From an uncultured delta proteobacterium (lineage in GTDB: Bacteria; Desulfobacterota; Binatia; DP-6), in NCBI GenBank assembly GCA_963815115.1, contig CAWFFN010000009.1:544001-608000 (forward strand): a DNA stretch of 64,000 bases, in the 5' to 3' direction. The notes beneath the pieces were generated by a model. That model was given only the letters and a program-made list of their open reading frames with translations. It had not been told where the DNA came from and did no database searches. Position numbers and translations under genes: made by a program. Numbering within the stretch: position 1 is the stretch's first letter; each line of letters opens with the position of its first letter. Below, one piece after another: positions 20,485 to 30,488 of this stretch.

Positions 20485-20864
20485 GTGAGCTCCCGGAGCG
20501 CGCGCTCGTCATCCGCGAGGACGGTGGAGATGGCGGCGAAGGGCGTGCCCTGACGACGGCTGCGCCGGAAGTGGTAGGTCCAGGCCGCTGCCGCCAGCAC
20601 GGCGTACAGCGCGCACGAGCCGATGGCCACGGCGAGGCGGTGTGTGTCCCAGAAGAGCGCCAGCACGAGCAGGTCGAGCGAGAGCACCAGCATGAAGACC
20701 GCGAACACCGCGACCAGCGCCGACAGCGCGAGGTCGGTGAGACGCTTTCGCTCCTCGCCCAGCTCGAGCGCGAACAGCTCGACGCGCAGATGGAGGCCTT
20801 CGAGGAGGCTGGCCCACAGGCGAGACGCGGTCGGGGCGAGATCGGCATCCGGTGGCGCGGGCAC
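20481..20864 (-). CDS. YqjE / phage-holin-family membrane protein
   Basis: RVELFALELGEERKR, two TM segments, FWDTHR, PFAA...LADD. Confidence 0.8.
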   Translation of the reverse strand: MPAPPDADLAPTASRLWASLLEGLHLRVELFALELGEERKRLTDLALSALVAVFAVFMLVLSLDLLVLALFWDTHRLAVAIGSCALYAVLAAAAWTYHFRRSRRQGTPFAAISTVLADDERALRELT

Positions 20865-20873
20865 GTCGACCTC

Positions 20874-21167
20874 TCACCGGCGGCGTAGCAGCAGCCCCAG
20901 CAGCAGACCCAGCCCGGCGGCCACGGCCACCGCGCCGATCGGGTTCTCGCGGATCTTTCGCTCCGCGTCCGCCACCTCCTCGTGCAGCGAGCGCTGGAAC
21001 CCACCGGCGGTTGCCCCGAGATCGTTGCCTCCCGACTGCACCGATTCCAGGGCTGCTCGCAGCCGCTCGCGCACCTCGGCCGCGCGCGCCACGAGGTCGT
21101 CTCCGCTCGTCTCGTGCAGCAGGCGCCGGACGTCGTCCATGGTGTCGCGCAGGGTGCGGGCGTCCAT
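20874..21167 (-). CDS. DUF883 (ElaB/YqjD) tail-anchored protein
   Basis: IRENPIGAVAVAAGLGLLLGLLLRRR C-terminus; start re-called at ATG 21167. Confidence 0.85.
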   Translation of the reverse strand: MDARTLRDTMDDVRRLLHETSGDDLVARAAEVRERLRAALESVQSGGNDLGATAGGFQRSLHEEVADAERKIRENPIGAVAVAAGLGLLLGLLLRRR

Positions 21168-21372
21168 CCCTGGCCCCGGCCGTAGCGAGGAACCCCACGG
21201 CCTGTCAACTTCGATCTCCCCGCAATCTTCCATGGGTGCCATGGGGCTGCTCGAGTCGCGATCGCTCCGAGCGTGCTTTGACGGTGGCCTCGGGAGCCTC
21301 CGGTGCGCGCGGCAGCGGGCCCCGGGCCGACGGTACTTGCTTTTGCGGGGGCGATCGCGTGAGTTGCAGCGC

Positions 21373-21798
21373 ATGAAGCGTCAGGTTCTGGCGATCCTCA
21401 CCGCCGGTCTGGTCGGATGCGCGACCGCGAGGCCCATCGTCTACGCAAACCCGAAGTACGTGGAGGTCGGCCGCGAGGGGACGAACCGCGACATCGCGGA
21501 GTGCGAGAGCCTGGCCAAGGGTGCCGGGGCGACGCCGGACCAGGGCCGGGCGGGGCAGACCGCCAAGGGCGTCGCCGTGGGCGCGGGTGCGGGAGCCGCG
21601 GCCGGCGCCGTCGGCGGAGCGATCTGGGGCAACCCGGGAACCGGCGCGGCGGCGGGCGCGGTGAGCGGCGTGGTCGGCAGCCTGCTGTGGACGCTCTTCG
21701 GGAGCTGGGCGACCCCGGAGCAACCGAGCGAGCCGTACAAGAACTACGTGAACCAGTGCCTCACGGACCGCGGCTACCAGCTGGTGGGGTGGAAGTAG
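21373..21798 (+). CDS. Glycine-zipper lipoprotein
   Basis: Lipobox LVGC; GAGAGAAAGAVGGAI..GAAAGAVSG; C-terminal CLTDRGYQLVGWK. Confidence 0.85.
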   Translation: MKRQVLAILTAGLVGCATARPIVYANPKYVEVGREGTNRDIAECESLAKGAGATPDQGRAGQTAKGVAVGAGAGAAAGAVGGAIWGNPGTGAAAGAVSGVVGSLLWTLFGSWATPEQPSEPYKNYVNQCLTDRGYQLVGWK

Positions 21799-21805
21799 CG
21801 ATCTG

Positions 21806-24184
21806 ATGGACGGCGCCGGGCCGCTCGGCCACGTCCGCGTGGTCGAGCTCACCGATCTTCGTGGTGCCTTCGCCGGCCGTATCCTCGCCGACCTCGGCGC
21901 CGACGTGATCAAGGTCGAGCCGCCCGGTGGCGACCCGGACCGGTTGCGCCCGCCATTCGCGGGCGATCGGCCTGCGCCGGACCGCTCGCTGCCCTTTCTG
22001 TACCGCAACGCGAACAAGCGGGGTGCGACGCTCGACCTGCACGCAGCCGACGGCTGGCATCGCTTCCTCGAGCTGTGCGATGCGGCCGACGTCCTGGTGG
22101 AGAATCTGGGCCCTGCGGGCGCGCGCCGCCACGGGCTCGCGCCCGCAGAGGTGCGCGAGCGGCATCCGCGTCTGGTGCACGTCGCGATCGCCGACTTCGG
22201 CCTCGACGGGCCGCACGCGGACTGGCGCCTCGAGCCCCTGCCGGCGTTCGCCGCCTCGGGCGCGCTCTTCGCGTGCGGCTTCCCGGATCGCCCGCCGTGC
22301 TGGCTGCCGGGATACCTGGCGCACGACTGCGCCAGCACGTTCGCCGTCGCCGGCGCGATTGCCGCGCTTCTCGATCGCGCGCGCACGGGAATGGGGCAGA
22401 CCGTCGAGGTGTCCGTGCAGGAAGCGGCGATCAACGGCATTCACCCCTGGGCGATCCCCCTCGCGGACTACGCGCGGCGCTACCCCATCCTGCCGGTCGC
22501 GCCGCCTCGCAATGCGGACGGCGCGTACCAGGTGCTCGAGGTCGCCGACGGCTTCGTGCGCGTTCTACCGGGCAGCCCGCGCCAGTGGCGCGCGTTTCTC
22601 GAGCTGATCGGCAACCCGGAGGCGCTGAGCGGTCCCGAGTGGCTCATCCCGCTGTTCCGCCTGGCCAACGCCGACGTCTGCCGCATCATCGCGGGCGAGG
22701 CGCTGCGCGAGCGCACCAGGGCCGACGTGATCGCCCAGGCACGCCGGCTCGACGTGCCGCTCGTGCCCCTCAACACCCCCGAGCAATTCGTCACCGAAGA
22801 GCAGACGTCCCGGCGTGACTACTTCGAGCGCACCGCCTTCCCGCATCTGGGCGGCGCGCCCGTCGCACCGGGTCCGTTCAACTACTCCGCCACTCCCACG
22901 CGGCTGCGCCGTCCGGCGCCCGCCCCCGGCGAGGACGACCGCAGCGGCTTCGCGCCGCGAGCGGCCGATCCCGCGATCGGCAAGGGCGACCGTCCGGTCC
23001 TCGCGGGTGTGCGGGTGGTCGACCTGGGCGTCGGTGTGGCCGTGCCCGAGGCGGGCTGGTTGCTGGCCGAGCTGGGCGCGGAGGTCATCAAGATCGAATC
23101 GCGCGCCAACCTCGACTTCCTGCGCCGGGTGACGGTCGAGCCCGACCAGCCCGATCGCTCGATGCAGTTCAACGACTCGTCGCGCGGCCACCTGAGCGTG
23201 ACGCTCGACCTGCGCACGGCACGGGGCCGGGAGCTGGCGCTCCGGCTGTGCGCGGCCGCCGACGTCGTGCTCGAGAACAACCGCGGCGGCGTCGTCGGAC
23301 GGTGGGGACTCGACTACGAGCACGTGCGCGCGGTGCGTCCGGACGTGATCTACTACGCCTCGCAGGCCTTCGGCCGCGGCGGTCCGCTCGGGGAGGCGTC
23401 GGCGTACGGTCCGCTCAACTCCGCGTTCGCGGGCGTGACGTGGCTCTGGAACCACCCGGATCCGCCCTATCCCGCGGGCTCGTCGGTCAACCACCCCGAC
23501 CACATCGCCGCCAAGCTGGCCACCGCGGTCGTCCTCGCCGCGCTCGAGCACCGGCGGCGGACGGGTGAAGGCCAGCTCGTCGATCTGTCGCAAGCCGAGG
23601 CGGCGGCATACTTCATCGGCGAGGCGTATCTCGAAGAGGCGTGCACCGGGCGCCACGCGGCGCAGCGCGGGAATGCCGTCGATTGGGCCTGTCCCCACGG
23701 CGTCTTCCCGGCTGCGGGTGAAGACCGCTGGGTCGCAATCGCGGTCGTCGGTGATGACGCCTGGAAGCGCTGCGCGGGCGTGATGAGTCTCCCCGACGAG
23801 CCGGCGTGGGCGACGCTCTCGGGCCGCCTCGCGGCCCGTGCGGCGATCGAGGAAAGGGTCGCAGGGTGGACGCTGGCGCGCGACGCCGGAGAGGTAGCCG
23901 GCCGCCTGCAGGAGGCCGGCGTGTCGGCGATGGCGGTGCTGAGCGGTGCCGACCTGCGCGCCGACGAGCATCTCGCGGCTCGCGGCGGCCTCGTGACGCT
24001 GCAGCACGCCGAGATGGGCGAGGCGCGCCACAGCGGCGATCCGCTGCGGATGAGTCGCACGCCGCTCGCGACGCCGCGCCCCGCGCCGCTCCTGGGCGAG
24101 CACACCGCGGAGGTGCTGGGGCGCTGGCTCGCCATGGATGCGCGGGAGGTGGCGGAGATGGCGGCGGCCGGCGTCTGCCGCTGA
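21806..24184 (+). CDS. Double-domain CaiB/BaiF class III CoA-transferase
   Basis: Two repeats of L.GVRVV(E/D)L...LA(D/E)LGA(D/E)VIK(V/I)E and ADV(L/V).EN; C-terminal APLLGEHT. Confidence 0.92.
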   Translation: MDGAGPLGHVRVVELTDLRGAFAGRILADLGADVIKVEPPGGDPDRLRPPFAGDRPAPDRSLPFLYRNANKRGATLDLHAADGWHRFLELCDAADVLVENLGPAGARRHGLAPAEVRERHPRLVHVAIADFGLDGPHADWRLEPLPAFAASGALFACGFPDRPPCWLPGYLAHDCASTFAVAGAIAALLDRARTGMGQTVEVSVQEAAINGIHPWAIPLADYARRYPILPVAPPRNADGAYQVLEVADGFVRVLPGSPRQWRAFLELIGNPEALSGPEWLIPLFRLANADVCRIIAGEALRERTRADVIAQARRLDVPLVPLNTPEQFVTEEQTSRRDYFERTAFPHLGGAPVAPGPFNYSATPTRLRRPAPAPGEDDRSGFAPRAADPAIGKGDRPVLAGVRVVDLGVGVAVPEAGWLLAELGAEVIKIESRANLDFLRRVTVEPDQPDRSMQFNDSSRGHLSVTLDLRTARGRELALRLCAAADVVLENNRGGVVGRWGLDYEHVRAVRPDVIYYASQAFGRGGPLGEASAYGPLNSAFAGVTWLWNHPDPPYPAGSSVNHPDHIAAKLATAVVLAALEHRRRTGEGQLVDLSQAEAAAYFIGEAYLEEACTGRHAAQRGNAVDWACPHGVFPAAGEDRWVAIAVVGDDAWKRCAGVMSLPDEPAWATLSGRLAARAAIEERVAGWTLARDAGEVAGRLQEAGVSAMAVLSGADLRADEHLAARGGLVTLQHAEMGEARHSGDPLRMSRTPLATPRPAPLLGEHTAEVLGRWLAMDAREVAEMAAAGVCR

Positions 24185-24352
24185 TCTTCGTGACGTGCAC
24201 GGTGCTAAGGCAGGCTGGCGCCCTTTGGAGGCGGGGGACGTTCTTGGCAATGGATCCTCGACGTACATGCTCGAATTGCATTCCACCTGGCCCTCCTCCA
24301 TACGGCGTAACATCCGGTCACCCCGTGCCGGGGACGAGAGGGGGATCGTTCC

Positions 24353-26968
24353 GTGACGCACACATTGCAGCGCCAGATACGTGCCATTGGATTGCTCGTC
24401 GCCTGTGCCGTCCTGATCCCTGCCCTTCGCGCAGCGGCGCTCGACCGCCCGATCACCGGGAAGAAGCTCCAGCTTCGCCGCTCGGCGTCGGGCAAGCAGA
24501 AGCTGGTGTTCCAGTCGAAGGACCCCGCCTTCGCTTTTCCCGCCGTGGGGAGTGCCGACGACCCGGCCACCGGAACGCCCGGCGGGCTCCAGGTCGAGCT
24601 GTTCTCCCAGAACGACCCCGCCCGGCCGGTGCTGTCCGCGCCAGCGGGCGTCGGGAAGCCGGGCTGGAAGGTGACCGACCGTAGCGTCGACTCCTTCAAG
24701 TACTCCAACTCGGCGGCGCCGGCCGCCCCATCGCCGCTGAAGGTCGTCGTGCTCAAGATGGACAAGCAGCTCAAGGTGAGCGCACCGGCGACCGGCCTGG
24801 CGCTCGCAGGCCCGCAGGGATCGGTGGCGATTCGCGTGACCACGGGGTCGCTCCGGAGCTGCGCGGTCTTCGGTCCGGGCACGATCCGCCGGGACGAGGC
24901 GGGCTCGTTCCTGGCGGTCAAGGCGCTCGCGCCGTCGATCCCAGACTGCTCTGACGCGAGCCTGGGCGCTCCTTCCTCGACGACGACCACGACCACCGCC
25001 GGCACCACGACCACCACGATCGGCAGCGGCTCCACGACCACGACCACCACGACTCCCACCACGACCACGACGCTGCCGCCCGGAACCGAGCTGCTCGACG
25101 TGACGACGGTCGCCGGCAGCGGAAGCTGCGGAACGATCCGTGACGGTGCGGACGTCGTCCTGCGCAGCATCGCGTGCGGCGGCCTCGACCTGGGCGGCGG
25201 CGGATCGACCGTGCCCGAAGGATTGATTCCGGACGGTGCCACGAACCGCGTGGTGGTGGGGCCGTGCACCGGAAGCGTCTGCGACCTCGCGCCGACGAGC
25301 GGCAGCGGAGGCGGCATCGACTGCACCGACGTGGGGTGCAGGTTCGGGCCGCCGCTGCCGATCCCGAACGGCGGCCTCTCGACCTGCGTCGTCAACACCT
25401 TCGCGGGCTCCGGTAGTGGCAGCCTCGACAAGAGCACGGGCGCGCTCTCGCTCAGTGTGCCGCTCGCTTCCCACGTGTTCATCACCGGCCAACCCGGTCA
25501 GCCCTGTCCGCGCTGCACGGCGACGGGGTCGCCGGCCAGCCCGGGCATCGGCAGCTGCGATCGCGGGGCGGGAATGGGTCTGACCTGCATGACCACCAAC
25601 TCCCACGGGCTGTCGAGCGACTGCCTGCCCGGCGGCAGTGACGGCAGCGCCGATCTGGGCACCATCGGCGTCGACCTCACGCCGCTGGTCTCGACGACGG
25701 TGTCCAGGTCGGACGTGGACGGGCTCCTGTGTCCGGCGCAGTCGCAGGCGGGCTGCTTCGGGCTGTCCGCGTGTCGTGCGGTCAGCGTCGACGGCCTGCC
25801 CGCTGGACCCATCAGCCCCGACACGCCGCAGCCGGTGACGCTGGCCTCGGTCTTCTGCATCCCGTCCACGATGAACGGCGTGGTGGACGGTGCGGCGAGC
25901 CTGCCCGGGCCCGGCGCCGCGAGCCTGCCGGCGGTCGTGCGGCTCACGCAGCTGAGCGGGCCGACCACCACCACGACCTCGACGACCAGCGCCAGCACGA
26001 CGACGACCACGAGCGGCGCGACCACGACGACGACCCCGACCACGACCAGCACCACGACGAGCACGATCCTGCCGCCGCTCCTGCCGCTCACGGTCGAGTT
26101 CGCGAGCGTCGCGGGCGGGGGCTCCTGCGGCGTGACGCGCGACGGCGACGGCAACGTCGTCGATTCCCTCGCCTGCGGCGACCTCGCCATCGGCAACGGT
26201 AATGGTTCTCTTCCCCCGTCGGCGCTTCCCGACGGTGCCGTGGTGCACTTCCGGCTCGGCGGCTGCTCGGTGCTGCCCCTCCTCACCTGCGCCCTCCAGG
26301 CCGAGACGACCGCGGGCGCCGGGTTCGACTGCACCACGACGGGGTGCAACTTCGGCCCACCGGTCCCGATCCCGAACGGCGGCCTGTCGGCGTGCAGCGT
26401 GAACACCTTCGGCGCGCCTGCGAGCGGATCGGTGAACCTCCTCGATGGCTCGACCACCGCCAACGTATCGCTCAACCTGCACGTCTACGTGACGGGGAAC
26501 GCGGCGCAGCCGTGCCCGCGCTGCTCGGCGACCGGCGCGCCCGGTGCCGTCGGGAGCGGGACGTGCGATCGTGGCGCGCGGGCGGGTCTCGCCTGCATGA
26601 CGACCAACTCGCAGGGCCTCTCGAAGGACTGCCAGCCCGGAGGAAGTGACGGCAGCACCGACGTCGGGGTGATCGGCGCGGACCTGAGCCCGGTCACGAC
26701 CGGGACCGCGAGCAAGTCGAACCCGCAGGGCCTCTTCTGTCCCTCCCAGCCCGTTCCCGGCTGCTTCGGGAATGGGACGTGCCGTTCGATCACGGAGACC
26801 GGGGCCTCGCCGGGCGCCGCGATCTCCTCGGCGCTGTCGCCGCAGCCGGCGACGCTGGTCTCGACGTTCTGCGTTCCCGCGACGGGAAACGGGCTGCTCG
26901 ACTTCCCGGCCGGCCTGCCCGGCCCGGCGGCGATCAGCCTTCCTGGCACCGTGCGGGCGCAGCTCTGA
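24353..26968 (+). CDS. Secreted Cys-rich protein with two tandem ~290-aa domains separated by poly-Thr linkers
   Basis: Signal peptide; internal duplication (C.FGPP.PIPNGGLS.C.VNTF; CMTTNS.GLS.DC.PGGSDGS.D.G.IG.DL.P; FC.P.T.NG..D....LPGP.A.SLP). Confidence 0.82.
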   Translation: MTHTLQRQIRAIGLLVACAVLIPALRAAALDRPITGKKLQLRRSASGKQKLVFQSKDPAFAFPAVGSADDPATGTPGGLQVELFSQNDPARPVLSAPAGVGKPGWKVTDRSVDSFKYSNSAAPAAPSPLKVVVLKMDKQLKVSAPATGLALAGPQGSVAIRVTTGSLRSCAVFGPGTIRRDEAGSFLAVKALAPSIPDCSDASLGAPSSTTTTTTAGTTTTTIGSGSTTTTTTTPTTTTTLPPGTELLDVTTVAGSGSCGTIRDGADVVLRSIACGGLDLGGGGSTVPEGLIPDGATNRVVVGPCTGSVCDLAPTSGSGGGIDCTDVGCRFGPPLPIPNGGLSTCVVNTFAGSGSGSLDKSTGALSLSVPLASHVFITGQPGQPCPRCTATGSPASPGIGSCDRGAGMGLTCMTTNSHGLSSDCLPGGSDGSADLGTIGVDLTPLVSTTVSRSDVDGLLCPAQSQAGCFGLSACRAVSVDGLPAGPISPDTPQPVTLASVFCIPSTMNGVVDGAASLPGPGAASLPAVVRLTQLSGPTTTTTSTTSASTTTTTSGATTTTTPTTTSTTTSTILPPLLPLTVEFASVAGGGSCGVTRDGDGNVVDSLACGDLAIGNGNGSLPPSALPDGAVVHFRLGGCSVLPLLTCALQAETTAGAGFDCTTTGCNFGPPVPIPNGGLSACSVNTFGAPASGSVNLLDGSTTANVSLNLHVYVTGNAAQPCPRCSATGAPGAVGSGTCDRGARAGLACMTTNSQGLSKDCQPGGSDGSTDVGVIGADLSPVTTGTASKSNPQGLFCPSQPVPGCFGNGTCRSITETGASPGAAISSALSPQPATLVSTFCVPATGNGLLDFPAGLPGPAAISLPGTVRAQL

Positions 26969-27074
26969 GCAGGAAGCCGGGGCGCCTGCGCGGCGCCCCG
27001 GCTCCCCGCGCGCGACTCGCCCGCCTCGTTGTGGGGGCTGGCCTCGCATGCTAGCGCTCAGCCCGAGGCCGGGG

Positions 27075-27860
27075 ATGCTGACCGCCGACGATCGCGATCG
27101 CTTTCGCTCCCACGGCTACCTGTGGCTTCCGCGCTTCTTCACCGAAGCAGAGACCCGGAATCTCCGGGCCTGGACCGAGGAGGTCGCCGCGTGGCCCGAG
27201 ACGCCGGGCCGCTGGATGCGCTACTACGAGCGCGCCGGTGCCGAAGCGGGCGCGAAGCTGCTCGCCCGCGTCGAGAACTTCGTCCCCTATCATGCCGGCC
27301 TGGCGGCGCTCCTCACGCGCGGGAAGGTGTGCGATCTGCTCGCGGAGTGCTGCGGCGAGCCGGTGGTCCTCTTCAAGGACAAGATCAACTTCAAGCTCTC
27401 CGGCGGGGCCGGCTTCGCGCCGCACCAGGATGCGCCGGCGTACGTCGACTTCGGGATCGAGCATCACCTGACGCTGATGGCGCCGGTGGACGCGTTCACG
27501 GGCGAGAACGGCTGCCTCGAGGTATCCCGCTGGCCTGCCCGGCACGTCACGCTGGCGCAGAATCCCGACGGCACGCTGCGCGAGGGCGTCATGGAGCAGT
27601 GGGACGTCGAGCCGCTGCTCGCGCGGCCCGGTGACGTCATCGTGTTCGACTCCTGGGTGCCGCACCGCTCGGGTCCGAACCGCTCGGGCGGCCCGCGCCG
27701 CGCCTACTACCTCACCTTCAACCCCGCCTCGGCAGGCGACCATCGCGCCGCCTACTACCATCGCAAGCGCGAATGCTTCCCGCCGGAGTACGAGCGCGAG
27801 CCCGGCGTCGACTACGCGGCGCGCGGGCGGCAGTTCAATCTGGGCAACCCGTTCGACTGA
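27075..27860 (+). CDS. Phytanoyl-CoA dioxygenase (PhyH) family Fe/2OG oxygenase
   Basis: FKDKINFK..GG.GF.PHQD, ENGCL, GDVIVFDS..PHRSGPN.S..PRR; start re-called at ATG 27075. Confidence 0.88.
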   Translation: MLTADDRDRFRSHGYLWLPRFFTEAETRNLRAWTEEVAAWPETPGRWMRYYERAGAEAGAKLLARVENFVPYHAGLAALLTRGKVCDLLAECCGEPVVLFKDKINFKLSGGAGFAPHQDAPAYVDFGIEHHLTLMAPVDAFTGENGCLEVSRWPARHVTLAQNPDGTLREGVMEQWDVEPLLARPGDVIVFDSWVPHRSGPNRSGGPRRAYYLTFNPASAGDHRAAYYHRKRECFPPEYEREPGVDYAARGRQFNLGNPFD

Positions 27861-27916
27861 CCGGGGCGCCTCCACGTGGCTTCGTGGAGGCGCCCCCGAT
27901 CGGGTGTTCGTGACGC

Positions 27917-29746
27917 TCAGTCGGTCGCGGGACCGTCGACGAAGGCTCCGCTCGGCGAGCCGCCACAGATGACCTTCACGTCGGGTCCGACCTGGAAGAA
28001 CGGCGGGGTCGGCAGCGTTCCAGGCCGCGGGTCGCCGGCCAGCAGCAATCCTTCGTCTGCTGCCTCGACGTTGGTCCAGGCCGGTCCGCCGGTGAGCATG
28101 CCGTTGATCCAGTCGACCAGCAGCGGCACGCCACCGGTCGTATCGGTGTAGACCTTCGGGAAGTACCACATGGTGTGCCGCGAGCCGGTGCCGATGTAGT
28201 AGCGGTAGTTCGAGGGAACGGATGCGGCCAGGTCGAGGTCCTGCTCGCGCATCTTCTCGTTGAAGGCGCAGCTGCCGTCCCACCAGGTCAGCGCCGCGAG
28301 CGGGTTATTGTCGTTCAGCATGACGTTGTAGAAGCCCGTCTGCCCGCCCGAGCCGCCGTCGAACGCGGTGGCGTACTGTGCCCAGCGCGTCTGCGGGAAG
28401 AAGCTGGTGACCGCTTTGGTGTATCCGACGATCCCGGTGCCGGTGGTGATCGACTCGATGACGCCGGGGATGGTGGGCGGGATGTTCTTGACGAAATCCC
28501 AGTGGGCGAAGTCGTTCTGCAGGAAGTCCTGCGTGATCACGCCGTTGCCCGCGTCGGCCAGGACCTGGAACTGCGAGGCCGGCCACACCAGCTCGTGCAG
28601 GGGGGCGTTGAACCACGCACCGTAGGCGCCGGCGCTCGAGCCCGTGACGAAGACCTGGTCGGGGTTCACGAAGTGCTCGCGCGCCCACTTCTCGGCGGTG
28701 CGGGAGTTCTGGTAGCCGCGGTGCTCGATGTGCAACGTCGGCGAGTAGTCCTGTGCAGCGTCGCCGAAGTGCACGTCACAGCTGCAGTAGGGCACGAAGA
28801 CGATGTTCCAGTCGCGGAACGGGTTCTGCGGGTTGCTGAGATCGAAGAAGCCGACCGGCGTGTTGTTCGGATTGTCGCCGCCGGTCGGGTCGACGCTGGG
28901 GTCGCATACGGGGACCCCGCAGGTGAGGGCATCCCAGCAGGCGCCACCACCCTGGTAGTACATGAGGAGCTTGTTCACCGACCCCCGCTTCACGAAGAAC
29001 TGATACGGCGTGCCGTGAATGCACTCGGGCGTGAGAGCTTGGCCGAGGTACGGGGTCGTGCCGGTCGGCGAGATCGTGGTGAACTGCGCGTCGTCGACGT
29101 TGGGAGACACGGTCGTCGCGGTGACCACGGCGTCGGTGAGGCCGTCGACCAGTCCCTCGAGCCCGCCGGCCGTCGCCGCGGTGGGGCAGCCCTTCTGCCG
29201 GATGCGGTCGAAGGCGGTGCTGAAGTGCGTGCTCGCCTTCGCCTGCGCGGCGTCGCGCTTGGTGCCCGAGGGGTCCTTCTCGAGCGCGCGGATGTACTTG
29301 CCCTCGAGCCCGAGGAGCTTGGCGCACTTCTTCCCGCCCGCGTCGAGCAGGAGCCCGCCGCAGCGCGCGTCACTCGCGCTGCCGAGGTCGAGCCCGTCGT
29401 TCACGGCACCCACGATGGCGCCGATCGCGGAATCGGCGAGATCGGTCGCGGCGGTTGCCGACAGCGTCGTGTCGGCACAGTCCACGCTGGAGCCGTTGGC
29501 CTTCGCCTCGGCCTTTCCCCAGGTACGCGTCAGCCCGCTCGCCGCCGTCGCCAGCTTGGCGTCGCGGCGGGCGGCGTCCTGGTCGCGCTCCCAGCGGCTC
29601 CACGCCTTGAGCGCCTGCTTGCAGTAGGCGCCGGCGGCAGCCTGCTTGGTGCTCACGCAAGTGTTCACCGGATAGGGCCGGGCGCCGGCCGGCGCGGCCA
29701 CAACGGGCGCCAGCGCGAGCCCGAGCAGCGCAAAGGTCTTCGTCAT
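27917..29746 (-). CDS. Secreted pectinacetylesterase-family (Notum-like) hydrolase with N-terminal Cys-helical repeats
   Basis: YQGGGACW, NPFRDWNIVFVPYCSCDVHFG, VTGSSAGAYG; N-terminal C...K..AAG..C repeats; C-terminal GSPSGAFVD. Confidence 0.85.
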   Translation of the reverse strand: MTKTFALLGLALAPVVAAPAGARPYPVNTCVSTKQAAAGAYCKQALKAWSRWERDQDAARRDAKLATAASGLTRTWGKAEAKANGSSVDCADTTLSATAATDLADSAIGAIVGAVNDGLDLGSASDARCGGLLLDAGGKKCAKLLGLEGKYIRALEKDPSGTKRDAAQAKASTHFSTAFDRIRQKGCPTAATAGGLEGLVDGLTDAVVTATTVSPNVDDAQFTTISPTGTTPYLGQALTPECIHGTPYQFFVKRGSVNKLLMYYQGGGACWDALTCGVPVCDPSVDPTGGDNPNNTPVGFFDLSNPQNPFRDWNIVFVPYCSCDVHFGDAAQDYSPTLHIEHRGYQNSRTAEKWAREHFVNPDQVFVTGSSAGAYGAWFNAPLHELVWPASQFQVLADAGNGVITQDFLQNDFAHWDFVKNIPPTIPGVIESITTGTGIVGYTKAVTSFFPQTRWAQYATAFDGGSGGQTGFYNVMLNDNNPLAALTWWDGSCAFNEKMREQDLDLAASVPSNYRYYIGTGSRHTMWYFPKVYTDTTGGVPLLVDWINGMLTGGPAWTNVEAADEGLLLAGDPRPGTLPTPPFFQVGPDVKVICGGSPSGAFVDGPATD

Positions 29747-29865
29747 GTCGATCGTCCCCCCTGGTCGATGGTTGTTCCGCTGAAGATGCTCATCGAACGT
29801 AGGGGGCCGGCTCCCTCGGCGTCAACCGTTTTTTGCTCCACCCATCCGGAAAGAGCGCCCAGCGG

Positions 29866-30318
29866 TCAGCGCCGGCGGTCGCTCAGCTGCAAGGCCAGGA
29901 AGCCGGCAATGGATGCGAGACAGAAGAGGTGGCCATGGAAGATCGCACGTGCCAGGCCGGTCCGCACCGCTGGCGGATCGGAGCTCGTGCCGAGACGGAC
30001 CGCGTCCGGGAACACCCGCACGAAGGCGAGAGCTACCGGGGCTGCCACCAGCACGAAGGCCAGGACGTCTCGCCCGCGCGACTCGCGACGGCGCAGCACC
30101 TGAACGAGGGCGCCGCCCACCGCGATCGCCATCACGGTCCCGATCGCCGCGCCGAGGGGCCAGGCTCCGGTCGTCACCCGGGCGTAGTATGCGGCGATCG
30201 AGGCCAGAACCGGCTCGGGCAGCGTCGTCGCTCCGCCCAGCGCCTGGAAGTCGAACATGAGGTCCATCCAGAGGACGGCCAGCAGGAAGCCCGCGCAGGC
30301 GGCCAGGAGGCGGGACAT
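29866..30318 (-). CDS. Membrane protein of unknown function
   Basis: MSRLLAACAGFLLAVLWMDLMFD...; about four hydrophobic segments; start re-called. Confidence 0.65.
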   Translation of the reverse strand: MSRLLAACAGFLLAVLWMDLMFDFQALGGATTLPEPVLASIAAYYARVTTGAWPLGAAIGTVMAIAVGGALVQVLRRRESRGRDVLAFVLVAAPVALAFVRVFPDAVRLGTSSDPPAVRTGLARAIFHGHLFCLASIAGFLALQLSDRRR

Positions 30319-30488
30319 CGGAGCCCCATATCGTACATGCCCGCGTGCGCTCCAGGTCGGCGCGACGCTCGGCGTCAGGCGGCCTTTTGGGGCCTTTTGG
30401 GGGGTTGTCCATCCGTGCCAGCCGTGATGACATTCCTGCATCGGGGTTGGGAGCGCGAAGCGCTCGCGTACCCCGGAAGGGAGGCGTC

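Noticed and set aside
20481-20864. Holin-family hit as a sign of prophage
   Set aside because: It sits in the chromosomal elaB-yqjE-yqjK-type operon; no phage genes nearby.
14016-27049. Very long antisense or alternate-frame ORFs (e.g. 14016-17432 -, 16768-20061 -, 22565-27049 -)
   Set aside because: Shadow ORFs expected at this GC; they mirror well-supported genes and have no motifs.
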